The position numbers and the translations under genes are program-made. Source: an uncultured Acidimicrobiales bacterium (GTDB lineage: Bacteria > Actinomycetota > Acidimicrobiia > Acidimicrobiales > SZUA-35). From it: DNA of 64,000 nt. Positions within the stretch are counted from its first letter, which is position 1. Every line of letters starts with the position of its first letter. The stretch is from NCBI GenBank assembly GCA_963723995.1, contig CAVRSZ010000001.1, forward strand, positions 1,307,573-1,371,572, written 5' to 3'. Below are positions 38,621-48,375 of the stretch, one piece after another. Under the pieces are notes generated by a model. The model was not told the origin of the DNA. It did no database searches and saw nothing but the letters and a program-made list of their open reading frames with translations.

Positions 38621-40054
38621 CTACTCGTCGTGTCCGGTCACGGAGGCGAGCCAGGCGTCGAGGTCACCCTTGCGTCTGAGGGCGGCGTCGGTGAAGGGGC
38701 GAACCTTGCCGATCACAGCCCGTTCCTGGAAGCCCTGGTCGTGGCGGCCGAAACACCATGCCACATTGGCGTAGCTGTTGGCGTCACGACCATCGAGGAA
38801 GTACCGGTTGTTGAGGTCGAGAAGGGTTCGAAAGGCATGGCCCGGCGTGTTCGTCCAGTACAGGATCTGTTTGCCCCAGTACATGCGAAGTTGATTGTGG
38901 ACCCAGCCGTCGGTTCGAATCGCGGTCATGATGGTGTTCCATATTCGGTCGCCGGTTTTCCCCGCTTCCAGTTCGGCTGCGGTGTACACCGCCGGTCGTT
39001 CGTCGGCGCTGTGGTCGTCCAGAGTGGTTCGGGCCCACTGGGGCAGGGAGGTGAACGAGTCGACGTCGGGCTGGTGGACCACGTAGTTGATCGCCAGTTC
39101 CCGCCTGACCACCAGCTCTTCGATGAAGGCGTCGACCTCGTCCGCCGGCGCACCGGATGAACGGGCGGCCACGGCGACCGCCACCGGTGAGATCTGTCCG
39201 AAGTGCAGATAGGGCGAGAGCCGAGAACACGAATCGGCCAGGTCGTAGCGATTGCGTCGTGTGGAGTAGTCCGGCAGCACGTCCCGGCAAAAGGCCCGAA
39301 GCCGGGCCCGCGCCGCCGGAGTACCGCCGGTCCAGCCTGCCACCGGACCGGGCTCGCCGGCGATGGATAGAGTGTCGAGTTCCTTCCGCCATCGATCCAT
39401 GGGGAACGACGAGATCGAGGGGTCGGAGAGGGATCGGGCCAGGGACACCGGTCGATCACCGTGGGGTACCGATGAGCGGGACACCGCAGTGGTGGACAGG
39501 TCGACCAGGAAGCGATCGAGGTGGTCATGGATGCGGGGACGCAGAGTCCGGGCTGCCGTCTCCAGCTTGTCGGATGCCACATCGACCGGCACCACGACGT
39601 CGGTCTCGACCTCGACCATGGGACAGCCCGTCGCCGCCTCCACATCATCCCGCCACTGCCGCTGCATCGGGAGATAGCCCCGATCCAGCACCAGCAACGC
39701 CATGCGATGGTCCAGATCGCCAAGAATCCGATCCGGACGCCCCCGAAGCACCTCGAAGGCCAGGCCCCGGCGCCGGAGCGCCCCGGCAACGTGTTGGAGA
39801 CCCTCGACCATGAAGTGGTAGTGGCGAAGCGAGGCCTCGGGTACGTCATCGATCAGACAGAAGACCACGGCCGCCGGTAGATCATGGTCATTGGCCGTGG
39901 TGATGGCATACTCCAGGGCCGGGTTGTGCTCGGCCCGTTGGGCCTGCTGCATCCAGTAGAGGACGACGTCACCGCCCTCGGGGCCGGAACCACGACGCCA
40001 GTTGAGCCGCTCGTCCTCGACCGCCGAGGAGGCGAACGAAGAACGCCGGCTCAC
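38621..40054 (-). CDS. Class II CPD photolyase
   Basis: VLYWMQQAQRAEHNPALEYA, LSPYLHFGQIS, EELVVRRELAIN, HNQLRMYWGKQIL, DGRDANSYANVAW. Confidence 0.92.
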   Translation of the reverse strand: MSRRSSFASSAVEDERLNWRRGSGPEGGDVVLYWMQQAQRAEHNPALEYAITTANDHDLPAAVVFCLIDDVPEASLRHYHFMVEGLQHVAGALRRRGLAFEVLRGRPDRILGDLDHRMALLVLDRGYLPMQRQWRDDVEAATGCPMVEVETDVVVPVDVASDKLETAARTLRPRIHDHLDRFLVDLSTTAVSRSSVPHGDRPVSLARSLSDPSISSFPMDRWRKELDTLSIAGEPGPVAGWTGGTPAARARLRAFCRDVLPDYSTRRNRYDLADSCSRLSPYLHFGQISPVAVAVAARSSGAPADEVDAFIEELVVRRELAINYVVHQPDVDSFTSLPQWARTTLDDHSADERPAVYTAAELEAGKTGDRIWNTIMTAIRTDGWVHNQLRMYWGKQILYWTNTPGHAFRTLLDLNNRYFLDGRDANSYANVAWCFGRHDQGFQERAVIGKVRPFTDAALRRKGDLDAWLASVTGHDE

Positions 40055-40062
40055 GACACCAC

Positions 40063-40485
40063 TCAGAGCCGGAAACGGGCGGCGACCCGGGTTCGACCCC
40101 CTGAGTACTGGATATCGACCGAGTCGGCCATGGCCGAGACGAGGCTCAGACCCCGACCACCCAGAGCGAGGGCATCGGGCATCTCAAACGACGGGTCGAA
40201 CTCCTGGCCGATGTTCTCAACCTCGACATCGACCACCTCATCATCGAAATGCAGACGAAGCGTGATCGGATCAGTGGGCTTTGACGCGGCGCGAGCATTG
40301 GACAGCAGTTCGGTGATGACCAGGTGGAGAGCAGACTCCAACTCGGAGATGCGGTGAGCCCCCAACCACCGACTCACGACGGTTCGGGCCTCGGACAGGC
40401 GCAGAGTTCCGGCATCCCAGCTGTGCTCGACGATGCCGGCGGCTTCGGTCGGACTCTGCTGCTCGCCGGCTGTCACCGATCCCAT
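40063..40485 (-). CDS. RsbW-like anti-sigma factor / HATPase_c ATP-binding protein
   Basis: LVITELLSNA, GGRGLSLV; AGGAG ribosome-binding site before ATG 40485. Confidence 0.85.
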   Translation of the reverse strand: MGSVTAGEQQSPTEAAGIVEHSWDAGTLRLSEARTVVSRWLGAHRISELESALHLVITELLSNARAASKPTDPITLRLHFDDEVVDVEVENIGQEFDPSFEMPDALALGGRGLSLVSAMADSVDIQYSGGRTRVAARFRL

Positions 40486-40645
40486 GGGTAGTCTCCTAGG
40501 CCGAAGCATCGCGGATCGAGTGTAGGACACCGACGCCACGTACGGGATTGGTGAGTTTCCCCCATCCGCTCATTGCGGCAGCGGAAGCCGGCCGGTCTTC
40601 GACGACACGGTCGAGGACAAGGTCGTGAGGGCGGGAGGCGATGAC

Positions 40646-40777
40646 ATGAAGACACATACGAAGACGGGATTCCTCGGCTGGATTGCTGCTCACCGGTGGT
40701 ACCCGACGGTCGAGCGATCAAACCACCAACCTGGGCAGTACCATGATTCAGGAGTGGAATCACGGAGGCAGAAGTGA
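40646..40777 (+). CDS. Putative 43-aa small protein upstream of the STAS gene
   Basis: GGAGG 7 nt before the ATG; MKTHTKTGFLGWIAAHRWYPTVERSNHQPGQYHDSGVESRRQK; GTGA overlap with the STAS start. No homology recognised. Confidence 0.3.
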   Translation: MKTHTKTGFLGWIAAHRWYPTVERSNHQPGQYHDSGVESRRQK

Positions 40778-41079
40778 CCGACAGTCTCACCATCGACATC
40801 GACAACCATGACATGGGCAGCACCATCGTTCTCACTGGTGAGCTGGACGCCGACAACTGCCATCAGCTTCAGACGGCGACGGCCGACATCGGTAGTGGTG
40901 CCGTCAACATGGATCTGGGCGGCCTCGGCTTTGTCGACTCGTCCGGTATCGGTCAGATCATCAAGCTCAAGGAACGGGTCGACGGTGGGGGTGGATCGTT
41001 CTCGGTGACCGCTATGTCACCGTCGGTTCACAAGGTCCTCGAAATCACCGGACTTCTCGACTACCTGGGCGCATCGTAA
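40774..41079 (+). CDS. STAS-domain anti-sigma factor antagonist
   Basis: LTGELD, phospho-Ser motif FVDSSGI, VLEITGL. Confidence 0.92.
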   Translation: MTDSLTIDIDNHDMGSTIVLTGELDADNCHQLQTATADIGSGAVNMDLGGLGFVDSSGIGQIIKLKERVDGGGGSFSVTAMSPSVHKVLEITGLLDYLGAS

Positions 41080-41340
41080 CGATCCAGGTGCGGTCACCCC
41101 TGTTCGCGAAAGCCGAACTTGCACAGAGCACCGGCCCAGATGCTCGACCGAACCGGTCGGGCCACCGTTGTCGTCCCTGGTCTGCCGGCGGTGACATTCG
41201 CCAAGCTGGTGGTGGGCGACCGCTCGGTCAGCGCCGACAAGCTGCCGTGAACCGCTTGCTGTAAGGCGGTTGCCGGTAGGCTTTCGCTGGTGAAGGGGCA
41301 CGGCAAACCGGCGAACCCGGTTGGATACGGGCTCTCGCCA

Positions 41341-43284
41341 ATGTTGCGGGTGGCGATCGTAGCTGTCTTGGCCGTCGGGGCGCTCACGTTGTGGGCTCCG
41401 GCCGCCGGTGCCGAGGACCTGGCGGGTGGTGACCCCGACGGGGCCCGACGCCTGGCTGAGAAGTACGCACCGATCGTGATGCTCAAGGCTCAGAAGGTCC
41501 CATGTGACCAGGACGGAGAACCGTACGGACCCATGCCGGTCGATGGTCTGCTCGACAACTCCGAGATTCTGCTCCGCCAGCTGGGCACCGGCAACCCGGT
41601 GATGAAGGCGGGGCCGGACGCAGCGGACCTCTTCGGCCTGGGAGAGGGGTTCTTTCTCGATTTCCCCGGTGACGCCCTCCGGCCCGGTTGCATCTACGAA
41701 AAGGACTATCGGAAATACATCGGAGATGGGCCGTCCGTGGTCTACGCCCACGTCGTCAAACAGGACGACCGTCCCGATCATCTGGCCCTGCAGTACTGGT
41801 TCTACTGGTACTACAACGATTGGAACAACAAGCACGAAAGCGATTGGGAGGGCATTCAGCTGCTGTTTTCGGCCACGACCATTGCCGAGGCACTCGCTGG
41901 TGAACCGGTGAGTGTGGGCTATGCCCAACACGAGGGTGGGGAGCAGGCCGACTGGGATTCGTCCAAGTTGGAACGCGACGGCGACCGCCCGGTTGTCTAT
42001 TCCTCGGCCGGGTCCCATGCCAGCTACTACGGTTCGACGCTCTATCTGGGCCGCAGCGGCAGTGAAGGCTTTGGGTGCGACAACACCGATGGCCCATCCA
42101 TCCGGGTCGAACCAGATGTGGTGGTACTGCCCGACTCGGTGAACGACCCCGCCGATCCTGTGGCCTGGCTTGCGTTCGATGGGCGCTGGGGGGAACGCCA
42201 GGATGGTCCGTTCAACGGCCCGACCGGTCCAAGGGCCAAGGGACGGTGGCTCGAACCGGTCGACTGGCACGATGAACTGCGCCCTACCAGTGTGGTCATC
42301 CCGGCCGGTGACAGCTTGGGCAACACGGTGATCATCGGGTTCTGCGGTGTCGTGGAGTGGGGTTCAGGCACCCTGATCTCGTTTACGACCTCACCAACCC
42401 GGGTCGTCCTGGCCCTCTTGGCCTTCACCTTGGTCCTGTCGTGGTTGGCGCGACGGACCGACTGGGAGAAGGTGTTGGCCCTGCCGCTGCGCCGGAGACG
42501 GCGGGCGGGCCAGATCATCCGCCTGGCCACAGGGTCCTACACCACCAGGCCCCGTGAGCTGCTCGCCTTTGGCCTGTCCTACCTTCCCGCCGCCGCTTTG
42601 GGGGCGATCATCGCCGCGTTGATCGCCATCACCCCGGTCATCAAGGACATTCTGGGCCAGACCAGCGGTGCCAGTGGCAGCGACCTGTTCCTGTCCCTTC
42701 TCGCCGGCGGGATCCCCCACATCTTCGCTTTGGTGTTCATCAACGCGGCGATGGCCGTCTACGTCGACCGGGCCGACACCAACGACCCGCTCTCGGCGTT
42801 CGATGCCGTGAAGCTGGCTTGGGGTCGCCGACGTGAACTGGCCGCCGGTCTGCTGCAGGCAAGCATCGTCGTGGGTCTGCTGTTTTTCACCGTAGTGGGT
42901 ACGCCGTGGGCCATCCGGCAGCTGATCCGCTATCAGTTCATGCCCCATGCCGTGATGCTGGAAGACCTGGACGGTCAAGCCGGGCTGGCTCGGAGTTCGA
43001 CGCTGACCCGGGGCCGGTGGTGGCACACCGCACTGTTCTTGTCGATCCTCAACCTGTTGATTCTCGGTGTCAGCATCGGGACCGGCATCGTCCTGCTCGT
43101 TCTGTTTGCCTGGATCCCGCTCGTACTGTTCTCCATCGTGATCATGGTGCTGTTCGCCTTCATCGCACCCGTCACCGCGTTCGCCCTGACCCTGTTGTAC
43201 GGCGATGCCATAGCCCAGCTCTCCGACAACGGTCCCGCCCAACGGGCGACCACCGACGCCGCATTCGACGGCGTGCCTGCGTGA
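41341..43284 (+). CDS. Membrane protein with signal peptide, Vps62/NPP1-like extracellular domain and multi-TM C-terminus
   Basis: Signal peptide, LAEKYAPIV, LQYWFYWYYNDWNNKHESDWEGIQL, GSHASY, FDGRWGE; several C-terminal TM helices. Confidence 0.65.
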   Translation: MLRVAIVAVLAVGALTLWAPAAGAEDLAGGDPDGARRLAEKYAPIVMLKAQKVPCDQDGEPYGPMPVDGLLDNSEILLRQLGTGNPVMKAGPDAADLFGLGEGFFLDFPGDALRPGCIYEKDYRKYIGDGPSVVYAHVVKQDDRPDHLALQYWFYWYYNDWNNKHESDWEGIQLLFSATTIAEALAGEPVSVGYAQHEGGEQADWDSSKLERDGDRPVVYSSAGSHASYYGSTLYLGRSGSEGFGCDNTDGPSIRVEPDVVVLPDSVNDPADPVAWLAFDGRWGERQDGPFNGPTGPRAKGRWLEPVDWHDELRPTSVVIPAGDSLGNTVIIGFCGVVEWGSGTLISFTTSPTRVVLALLAFTLVLSWLARRTDWEKVLALPLRRRRRAGQIIRLATGSYTTRPRELLAFGLSYLPAAALGAIIAALIAITPVIKDILGQTSGASGSDLFLSLLAGGIPHIFALVFINAAMAVYVDRADTNDPLSAFDAVKLAWGRRRELAAGLLQASIVVGLLFFTVVGTPWAIRQLIRYQFMPHAVMLEDLDGQAGLARSSTLTRGRWWHTALFLSILNLLILGVSIGTGIVLLVLFAWIPLVLFSIVIMVLFAFIAPVTAFALTLLYGDAIAQLSDNGPAQRATTDAAFDGVPA

Positions 43285-43291
43285 TGTAGTG

Positions 43292-43693
43292 TCAGCGACC
43301 GGTGATCAGCCACAGGGCCATCGCGTAGACCCCGTAGAGCACCGAGATCCCCACAGCCATCCAGCGGGCAAGCCGATCGCGATCGAGCCCGGCCGCGATT
43401 CCGAGCGCAGCGCTCACGGTGACCCCGGGAAAGGTTGGCCCGATCAGCCCTAGCCACACCGGGCCCCGTCGGCGGATCAACTGGAGACGGTCCGAGTCAC
43501 GGTCAACCGAAGATTGGTGGCCGAGTCTGGAGCGCAGTCGGTCGCCTCCGAACACGAACATCATCGTCCCGGTCAGCGATCCGGCGACTGCGGCGAGATA
43601 GGTGCCAAGGGCTGAGAGCCCCAAGGCGAAACCGACGAGAACGGCGAACCCGCCACCCACCAGCCCGGCGACGAAAGTAATTAGGTAATCCAC
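43292..43693 (-). CDS. Small multi-TM membrane protein (small multidrug export-like)
   Basis: Four hydrophobic segments; GGGAGG upstream of GTG 43693. Confidence 0.55.
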   Translation of the reverse strand: MDYLITFVAGLVGGGFAVLVGFALGLSALGTYLAAVAGSLTGTMMFVFGGDRLRSRLGHQSSVDRDSDRLQLIRRRGPVWLGLIGPTFPGVTVSAALGIAAGLDRDRLARWMAVGISVLYGVYAMALWLITGR

Positions 43694-43909
43694 CAACGTA
43701 CGCCTCCCAGCCGCCGTGTCGGTCAAGCTCGTGCAGCCAATTCTCGCCCCCCGAACACGTGTCCCCATCGCCCGAATCGGGTGACCAACCCGAGGGTCAA
43801 AGGATGGCTGCGGCGTTGCCGCAATCTCACGTACCGTCGGCTCAGCACAAACTGGCCGTGGGTGGTCAGTTGTGACATCAACTCAACAGACCTGCTAGGT
43901 TCTGACTGC

Positions 43910-46336
43910 GTGTCGGGAGCAATCACCCCTGAGATCGAGAGAGATCACAAGGGCTCGACCGAGCACACGCCCGACACGACCCGTACCCTGTTCTTCGCCG
44001 CACCGGCCGAGGATCCGCGGGCTCGGCGTCCGGCCGATGCCTTCCTGCTGGTGGTCTGTGTTGTCATTGCCCTGTTGACTCTCTGGACTCACCGGGCTCC
44101 CAGCGATTTCGACGTCAGAATCCTCGACTTCGTGTCCGATCGCCTTCCGGGTTGGATCTCAGCGATCTTCGTCTTCGGCTTCGCCCTCGGTGGTCTGTAC
44201 TCAGCCGGCTTGCTGGTGGCCATCGCCATCGTCGGTCGGGACCGACCGGCAGTTGCCCGGGACATGGTGCTGGCGGTCGCCCTCGCCCTCGGGATCGCGC
44301 TGGCCCTGCCGGCCATCACCGGTGATGGCTGGCCCCAACTCCTCCCCGAGTTGACCAGTCGGTCCGGCACTCCCCCCTACCCCGTGGTCCGCCTGGGGAT
44401 TTCCTTTGCGCTTGTCACTGTCGCCGGACCGTACCTGACCCTGCCGATGCGGCTCCTGGGACGGCGGTTGATGATGGTGATGGCGGTCTCGGCCGTGATT
44501 CTCAGTTACGGAACGATCTCGTCGGTTGTCGGGGGGATCGCCATCGGTGTCGGAGCGGCCTCCGTCATTCGACTCATCTTCGGATCCGGAGTCGGCATCC
44601 CCAGCCGGGCACGTATCCTCGACGCCCTGGCCGACAGCGGTCTACCTGCCCTCGAGGTGCACTTTCTCGACGACCAACCAATCGGTCGAAGCCTTGTCCG
44701 GGCCGAGTTGGCCGGCGGGTCCGAGGCCCTGGTCAAGATCTACGGACGAGACGCGGCCGACGCCGCCCTGGCGTCCCGTCTGTGGCGGATGATGTGGTAC
44801 ACCGACCTCGATCGCTCCTTGAGCGCACCCGGCCTGCAGCAAGTAGAACATGAGAGCCTAATGATCCTCGAGTGCGATCGACGGGAGGTGCCGGCGCCGG
44901 AGTTACTGGGCTGGGGCCGGGGGATCGATGGTGACGCCCTGATCGCCACTCAATGGGCCGAGGCTCCAAGCCTCGGCGACCTGGCGGCCGACGAGATCGA
45001 TGACGGGATTCTCGATCGCTGCTGGCAGACGCTGAATCACTGGCGCAACGCCAACATAGCTCATCGCCAGATCGACACCAGCCTGATCCTGCTGGCCGAC
45101 GACGGCCCGATCCTCGACGATCTCTCGGCGGCCGAGGCCTCACCCACGCCCGCCACGCTGGCCATCGACGATGCCCAGATGCTGGTCGCCACTGCCCTCG
45201 TGGCCGGTTCACAGCAAGCGATCGCCGCCGCTCTGGCCTCGATCGGCCCTGAGCGCTTGGCCGATGCCCTTCCCCTGACGCAGCGAAGCGCCCTGTCGAG
45301 CCGGCTCAACGACCAGGCGAAACAGGCGGGTCTCGACCTCAAAGCACTTCGCACCGAGGTGGCCGAGGCCATCGATGCCGAACCCCCCGACCTGGTGCAG
45401 CTGGAGCGAGTGACGTGGGGCAGCGTGGCAATGCTGGTGCTGACCCTGATCGCCATTTGGACCCTCATCAGTTCCCTGGCCGAAATCGGCTTCGACACCA
45501 TCGTCGACCAGTTCGCCGAGGCCCGCTGGTCGTGGGTGGCCACGGCGTTCGTGTTGGCTCAACTGGTGAATGTCGGGGAGTACCTGAGCCTGACCGGGAT
45601 GGTTCATCGTCCGGTGCCGTTTGGCCCGACGATCATTTTCCGATACGCACTGGACTTCGTCTCCCTGGCCGTGCCGTCCGAAGCCGGAGCCATCGCCATG
45701 AATATCCGCTACATGCGCAAACTCGGCGTTCCCACCGCCGCTGCCGTGGCCCAGGGCCCGCTGCTGACGGTGGTGTCGAAGGGTGTCGACATCGTGTTGT
45801 TGTTGCTCTCCATCAGGGTGGTCGGTGAGTCCATCACCTTCGAGGACGTCGACGCCGGGCCGGCTCTGCGGCTGGCCCTCCTCGTCGTCGTGCTGTTCGT
45901 GGTCGGCGTCATCGTCACCTTCGCCGTTCCCGGCATACGTAGACGAATCGTGCCCCAGCTGAAGGTGGCGTACACCGATATCCGGGAATCGATGACCGAC
46001 CCTCAGCGGCTGCTGCGGCTCGTGGGAGGAGCGCTGGCCGGCCGGCTGTTGTTCGCCATGGCCCTGAGCGCCTCGGTCAGTGCCTTCGGCTCCTCCATCA
46101 CGTTCACCGAGGCGGTCTTCGTCAACAGCGCTGTTGGCCTGCTGGTCGGGTTGATGCCGGTGCCCGGCGGCATCGGGATCGGTGAAGCGGCGCTGGCCGC
46201 CGGTCTCACCCTGGTCGATGTTCCCGAATCGGCGGCGTTCGCCGCTGCGCTCAGCCACCGAATGGTCTCCAACTATCTCCCTCCCGTCTATGGCTTCTTC
46301 GCCACTCGATGGTTGACCAAACGGGACTACCTCTGA
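43910..46336 (+). CDS. Lysylphosphatidylglycerol synthase TM (flippase-like) protein with central kinase-like domain
   Basis: N-terminal TMs, VKIYGRD and QVEHESL central region, C-terminal PVPGGIGIGEAAL. Start uncertain (frame open from 43781). Confidence 0.75.
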   Translation: MSGAITPEIERDHKGSTEHTPDTTRTLFFAAPAEDPRARRPADAFLLVVCVVIALLTLWTHRAPSDFDVRILDFVSDRLPGWISAIFVFGFALGGLYSAGLLVAIAIVGRDRPAVARDMVLAVALALGIALALPAITGDGWPQLLPELTSRSGTPPYPVVRLGISFALVTVAGPYLTLPMRLLGRRLMMVMAVSAVILSYGTISSVVGGIAIGVGAASVIRLIFGSGVGIPSRARILDALADSGLPALEVHFLDDQPIGRSLVRAELAGGSEALVKIYGRDAADAALASRLWRMMWYTDLDRSLSAPGLQQVEHESLMILECDRREVPAPELLGWGRGIDGDALIATQWAEAPSLGDLAADEIDDGILDRCWQTLNHWRNANIAHRQIDTSLILLADDGPILDDLSAAEASPTPATLAIDDAQMLVATALVAGSQQAIAAALASIGPERLADALPLTQRSALSSRLNDQAKQAGLDLKALRTEVAEAIDAEPPDLVQLERVTWGSVAMLVLTLIAIWTLISSLAEIGFDTIVDQFAEARWSWVATAFVLAQLVNVGEYLSLTGMVHRPVPFGPTIIFRYALDFVSLAVPSEAGAIAMNIRYMRKLGVPTAAAVAQGPLLTVVSKGVDIVLLLLSIRVVGESITFEDVDAGPALRLALLVVVLFVVGVIVTFAVPGIRRRIVPQLKVAYTDIRESMTDPQRLLRLVGGALAGRLLFAMALSASVSAFGSSITFTEAVFVNSAVGLLVGLMPVPGGIGIGEAALAAGLTLVDVPESAAFAAALSHRMVSNYLPPVYGFFATRWLTKRDYL

Positions 46337-46463
46337 TGGCCCATTGAGCGGGCCGAGGGAGCCGACCCGCCGGCAGCCGACCGCCGAGAGGGTGGGTCCG
46401 ACCAGTAGTTCTGTATAGTCCAAGGCCTCCGATATCTTTTTTGTAGACGCTGGGAGGTCCGCT

Positions 46464-47255
46464 GTGCAACCTACTCCGACGGTCAAGGGTGACGTCACAA
46501 AACCCGGCTGGATGAGCCGAACGCTCATCGGGTCGGTCGGCATCCTCGTGATGCTGACACTTGGCTCCTGTGGCGAGGACGGCCCCCTCAGTGACGTCGA
46601 CATCACCGTTACCACCAGCCCCGACGGCGGAGGCGAAGCCCCGGAGGAGACGACCCCTCCCGAGGAGACGACCCCTCCCGAGGAGACGACCCCTCCGGAA
46701 GAGACCGCGCCCCCAGCCACCGATGCACCAGCCGACGCAACCGACGACGATGGTGGCCTGAGCGGCCAGACCATTGCCCTGATCGCCATCCTCGGCGGGC
46801 TCGCCGTTGTTGCGGTCCTGGGTGCGACCAGCATCATGTCGTCACGGGCGCAATCGAAGGAGGCCGAGCGAGCCGACCAGCGCAGTCGTCTGGCCGAGGT
46901 CATGGGCGGGTTCCGCTGGGTGCACGATCAGGGGTCGATGGACATCATGAGGACCAGCGATCCGGCCCAGTTGCGACGGGCATGGCAGACGACGAACGCC
47001 CGTATGGTGGAGCTCGAGGGGATGGCGTCGGCCATGGCCCTCCAAGCCCAGGTGCCCGAGCAGGCGGCTGCGTTCAACGATCTCGGTCGCGCCTCGGCCG
47101 GTCTGCGAGTCGCCATGGACTCGGACGTTTCGCTCAGGAGCGACTCGGCGGACCAGGCCCGAGACGATCTCGTCATCCAGTCGTCGCAGACGATCCAGCA
47201 GCGCCGGATGGATCTCAACAACGCGATGTCGAACCCGGTACTGCGCATCGAGTAG
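46464..47255 (+). CDS. Hypothetical lipoprotein with Pro/Glu/Thr linker and a second TM segment
   Basis: GGGAGG before the GTG (alternative ATG at 46512); lipobox LGSC; PEETTP repeats; TM segment IALIAILGGLAVVAVLG. Confidence 0.6.
   Translation: MQPTPTVKGDVTKPGWMSRTLIGSVGILVMLTLGSCGEDGPLSDVDITVTTSPDGGGEAPEETTPPEETTPPEETTPPEETAPPATDAPADATDDDGGLSGQTIALIAILGGLAVVAVLGATSIMSSRAQSKEAERADQRSRLAEVMGGFRWVHDQGSMDIMRTSDPAQLRRAWQTTNARMVELEGMASAMALQAQVPEQAAAFNDLGRASAGLRVAMDSDVSLRSDSADQARDDLVIQSSQTIQQRRMDLNNAMSNPVLRIE
46641..46712 (+). repeat. 4 x 18-bp coding tandem repeat (PEETTP)
   Basis: CC(G/C)GAGGAGACGACCCCT x3 plus one degenerate copy. Confidence 0.95.
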
Positions 47256-47277
47256 CGCAGCGGCCTAACCTGCACAG

Positions 47278-47562
47278 ATGCTCATCATCGGGATCCTGCT
47301 GTTCGGACTGGTTATCGGTGCCCTTGTGCAACTCCTGCAGGGCCGGTCGTCCACTCGAATCGACTGGGGAATGGCCCTGGTCGCCGGGCTTGCCGGCTCC
47401 TTTGTCGGCGGTCTCCTCATCAGTCTGATCGCCGGCGACGGTCTGGCGTTTCGACCCAGCGGTGTCATCGGGTCGCTGGTCGGCGCCGCCATCGTGAGCG
47501 TCGCCTGGCTACGGCTCGATCCGCGGAAGGCGGCAGAGGCTCAACGGTCCCGACGGCGATGA
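47278..47562 (+). CDS. GlsB/YeaQ/YmgE (transglycosylase-associated) membrane protein
   Basis: GLVIGAL, GLAGSFVGG, IGSLVGAAIV. Confidence 0.8.
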   Translation: MLIIGILLFGLVIGALVQLLQGRSSTRIDWGMALVAGLAGSFVGGLLISLIAGDGLAFRPSGVIGSLVGAAIVSVAWLRLDPRKAAEAQRSRRR

Positions 47563-47642
47563 GAGGATCATCCCGCCGGTCTCGGCCACGGTGATCCCGA
47601 TCGGGCGGGGGTCTTCGAACGAATCCTTGTTATAAAGAAGCC

Positions 47643-48375
47643 ATGCTTGGTCCCGTTCAGTTCGTTGCGTTCGAGTTCGACACCCTCGACAAGTTCAAGG
47701 GAGGGATCATCGAGAAACTCGATGAGCTCACGTCCGTGGCTGCGGTACGGATCCTGGACATCCTGTTCGTTGCCAAGGAGCAGAACGGCGATCTGATCGC
47801 CTTGGAGTCCGGCGAGCTCGGCGAGGAGGAAGGAGACGAACTCCTGGGGACGGTGATCGGAGAGCTGATGGGCTTTTCGTTCGAAGGCGAGGATCCTGCC
47901 GCCCCACCGGAGGAAATCGGCCAGGCATCGGCGATCGGCGTGAGCCCTGACGACATCCGGCGGTTGGGACAAGAGCTTGCCCCGGGTTCGGCGGCCGCGT
48001 CTGCTGCTCATCGAACACCGCTGGGCCGCCGGGTTGCGGGACGAGATCCAGGCCGCAGGAGGTACCCCCGTGGCCCAGGGTTTTCTGACGCTCGAGGGTT
48101 TGACAATGGTCGGCGCCGAGCTGGCCGCCACCGCCGATGCCATCGAGGCCTTGGAGGTCGCAGCGGCGTTGGAAGCCGAGGCCACCCTGCGTTCACTGCA
48201 GGCCATCGAAACGATCGAACTCGCTCAAGAGATCGAAGCCGCCGTGGTCGCCCGGACGGTTCTCGGTCTTGTCGAGGCCGGCCTCATCGACAAGGGTGAT
48301 CTGTCCGATGCGTTGGACGCCTTACTCGAAGCCGATGGCCAGCAAGAAGAACACGCTGCAAAAGGGAGTTCATGA
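47643..48375 (+). pseudogene. DUF6325/DUF1269-like protein with a 1-nt frameshift at about 48000
   Basis: LGPVQFVAFEF and VRILDILFVAKE in one frame; LLLIEHRWA in the next. Removing T48000 gives a continuous 243-aa ORF. Confidence 0.75.

Noticed and set aside
41296-41335. GGCAAACCGGCGAA... resembling the start of a c-di-GMP-I riboswitch
   Set aside because: The GNRA loop and the following GACGCAAAGC/P3 elements are absent.
46489-46498. Perfect palindrome GTGACGTCAC
   Set aside because: Short, and probably inside the CDS given the strong ribosome-binding site at the 46464 start.
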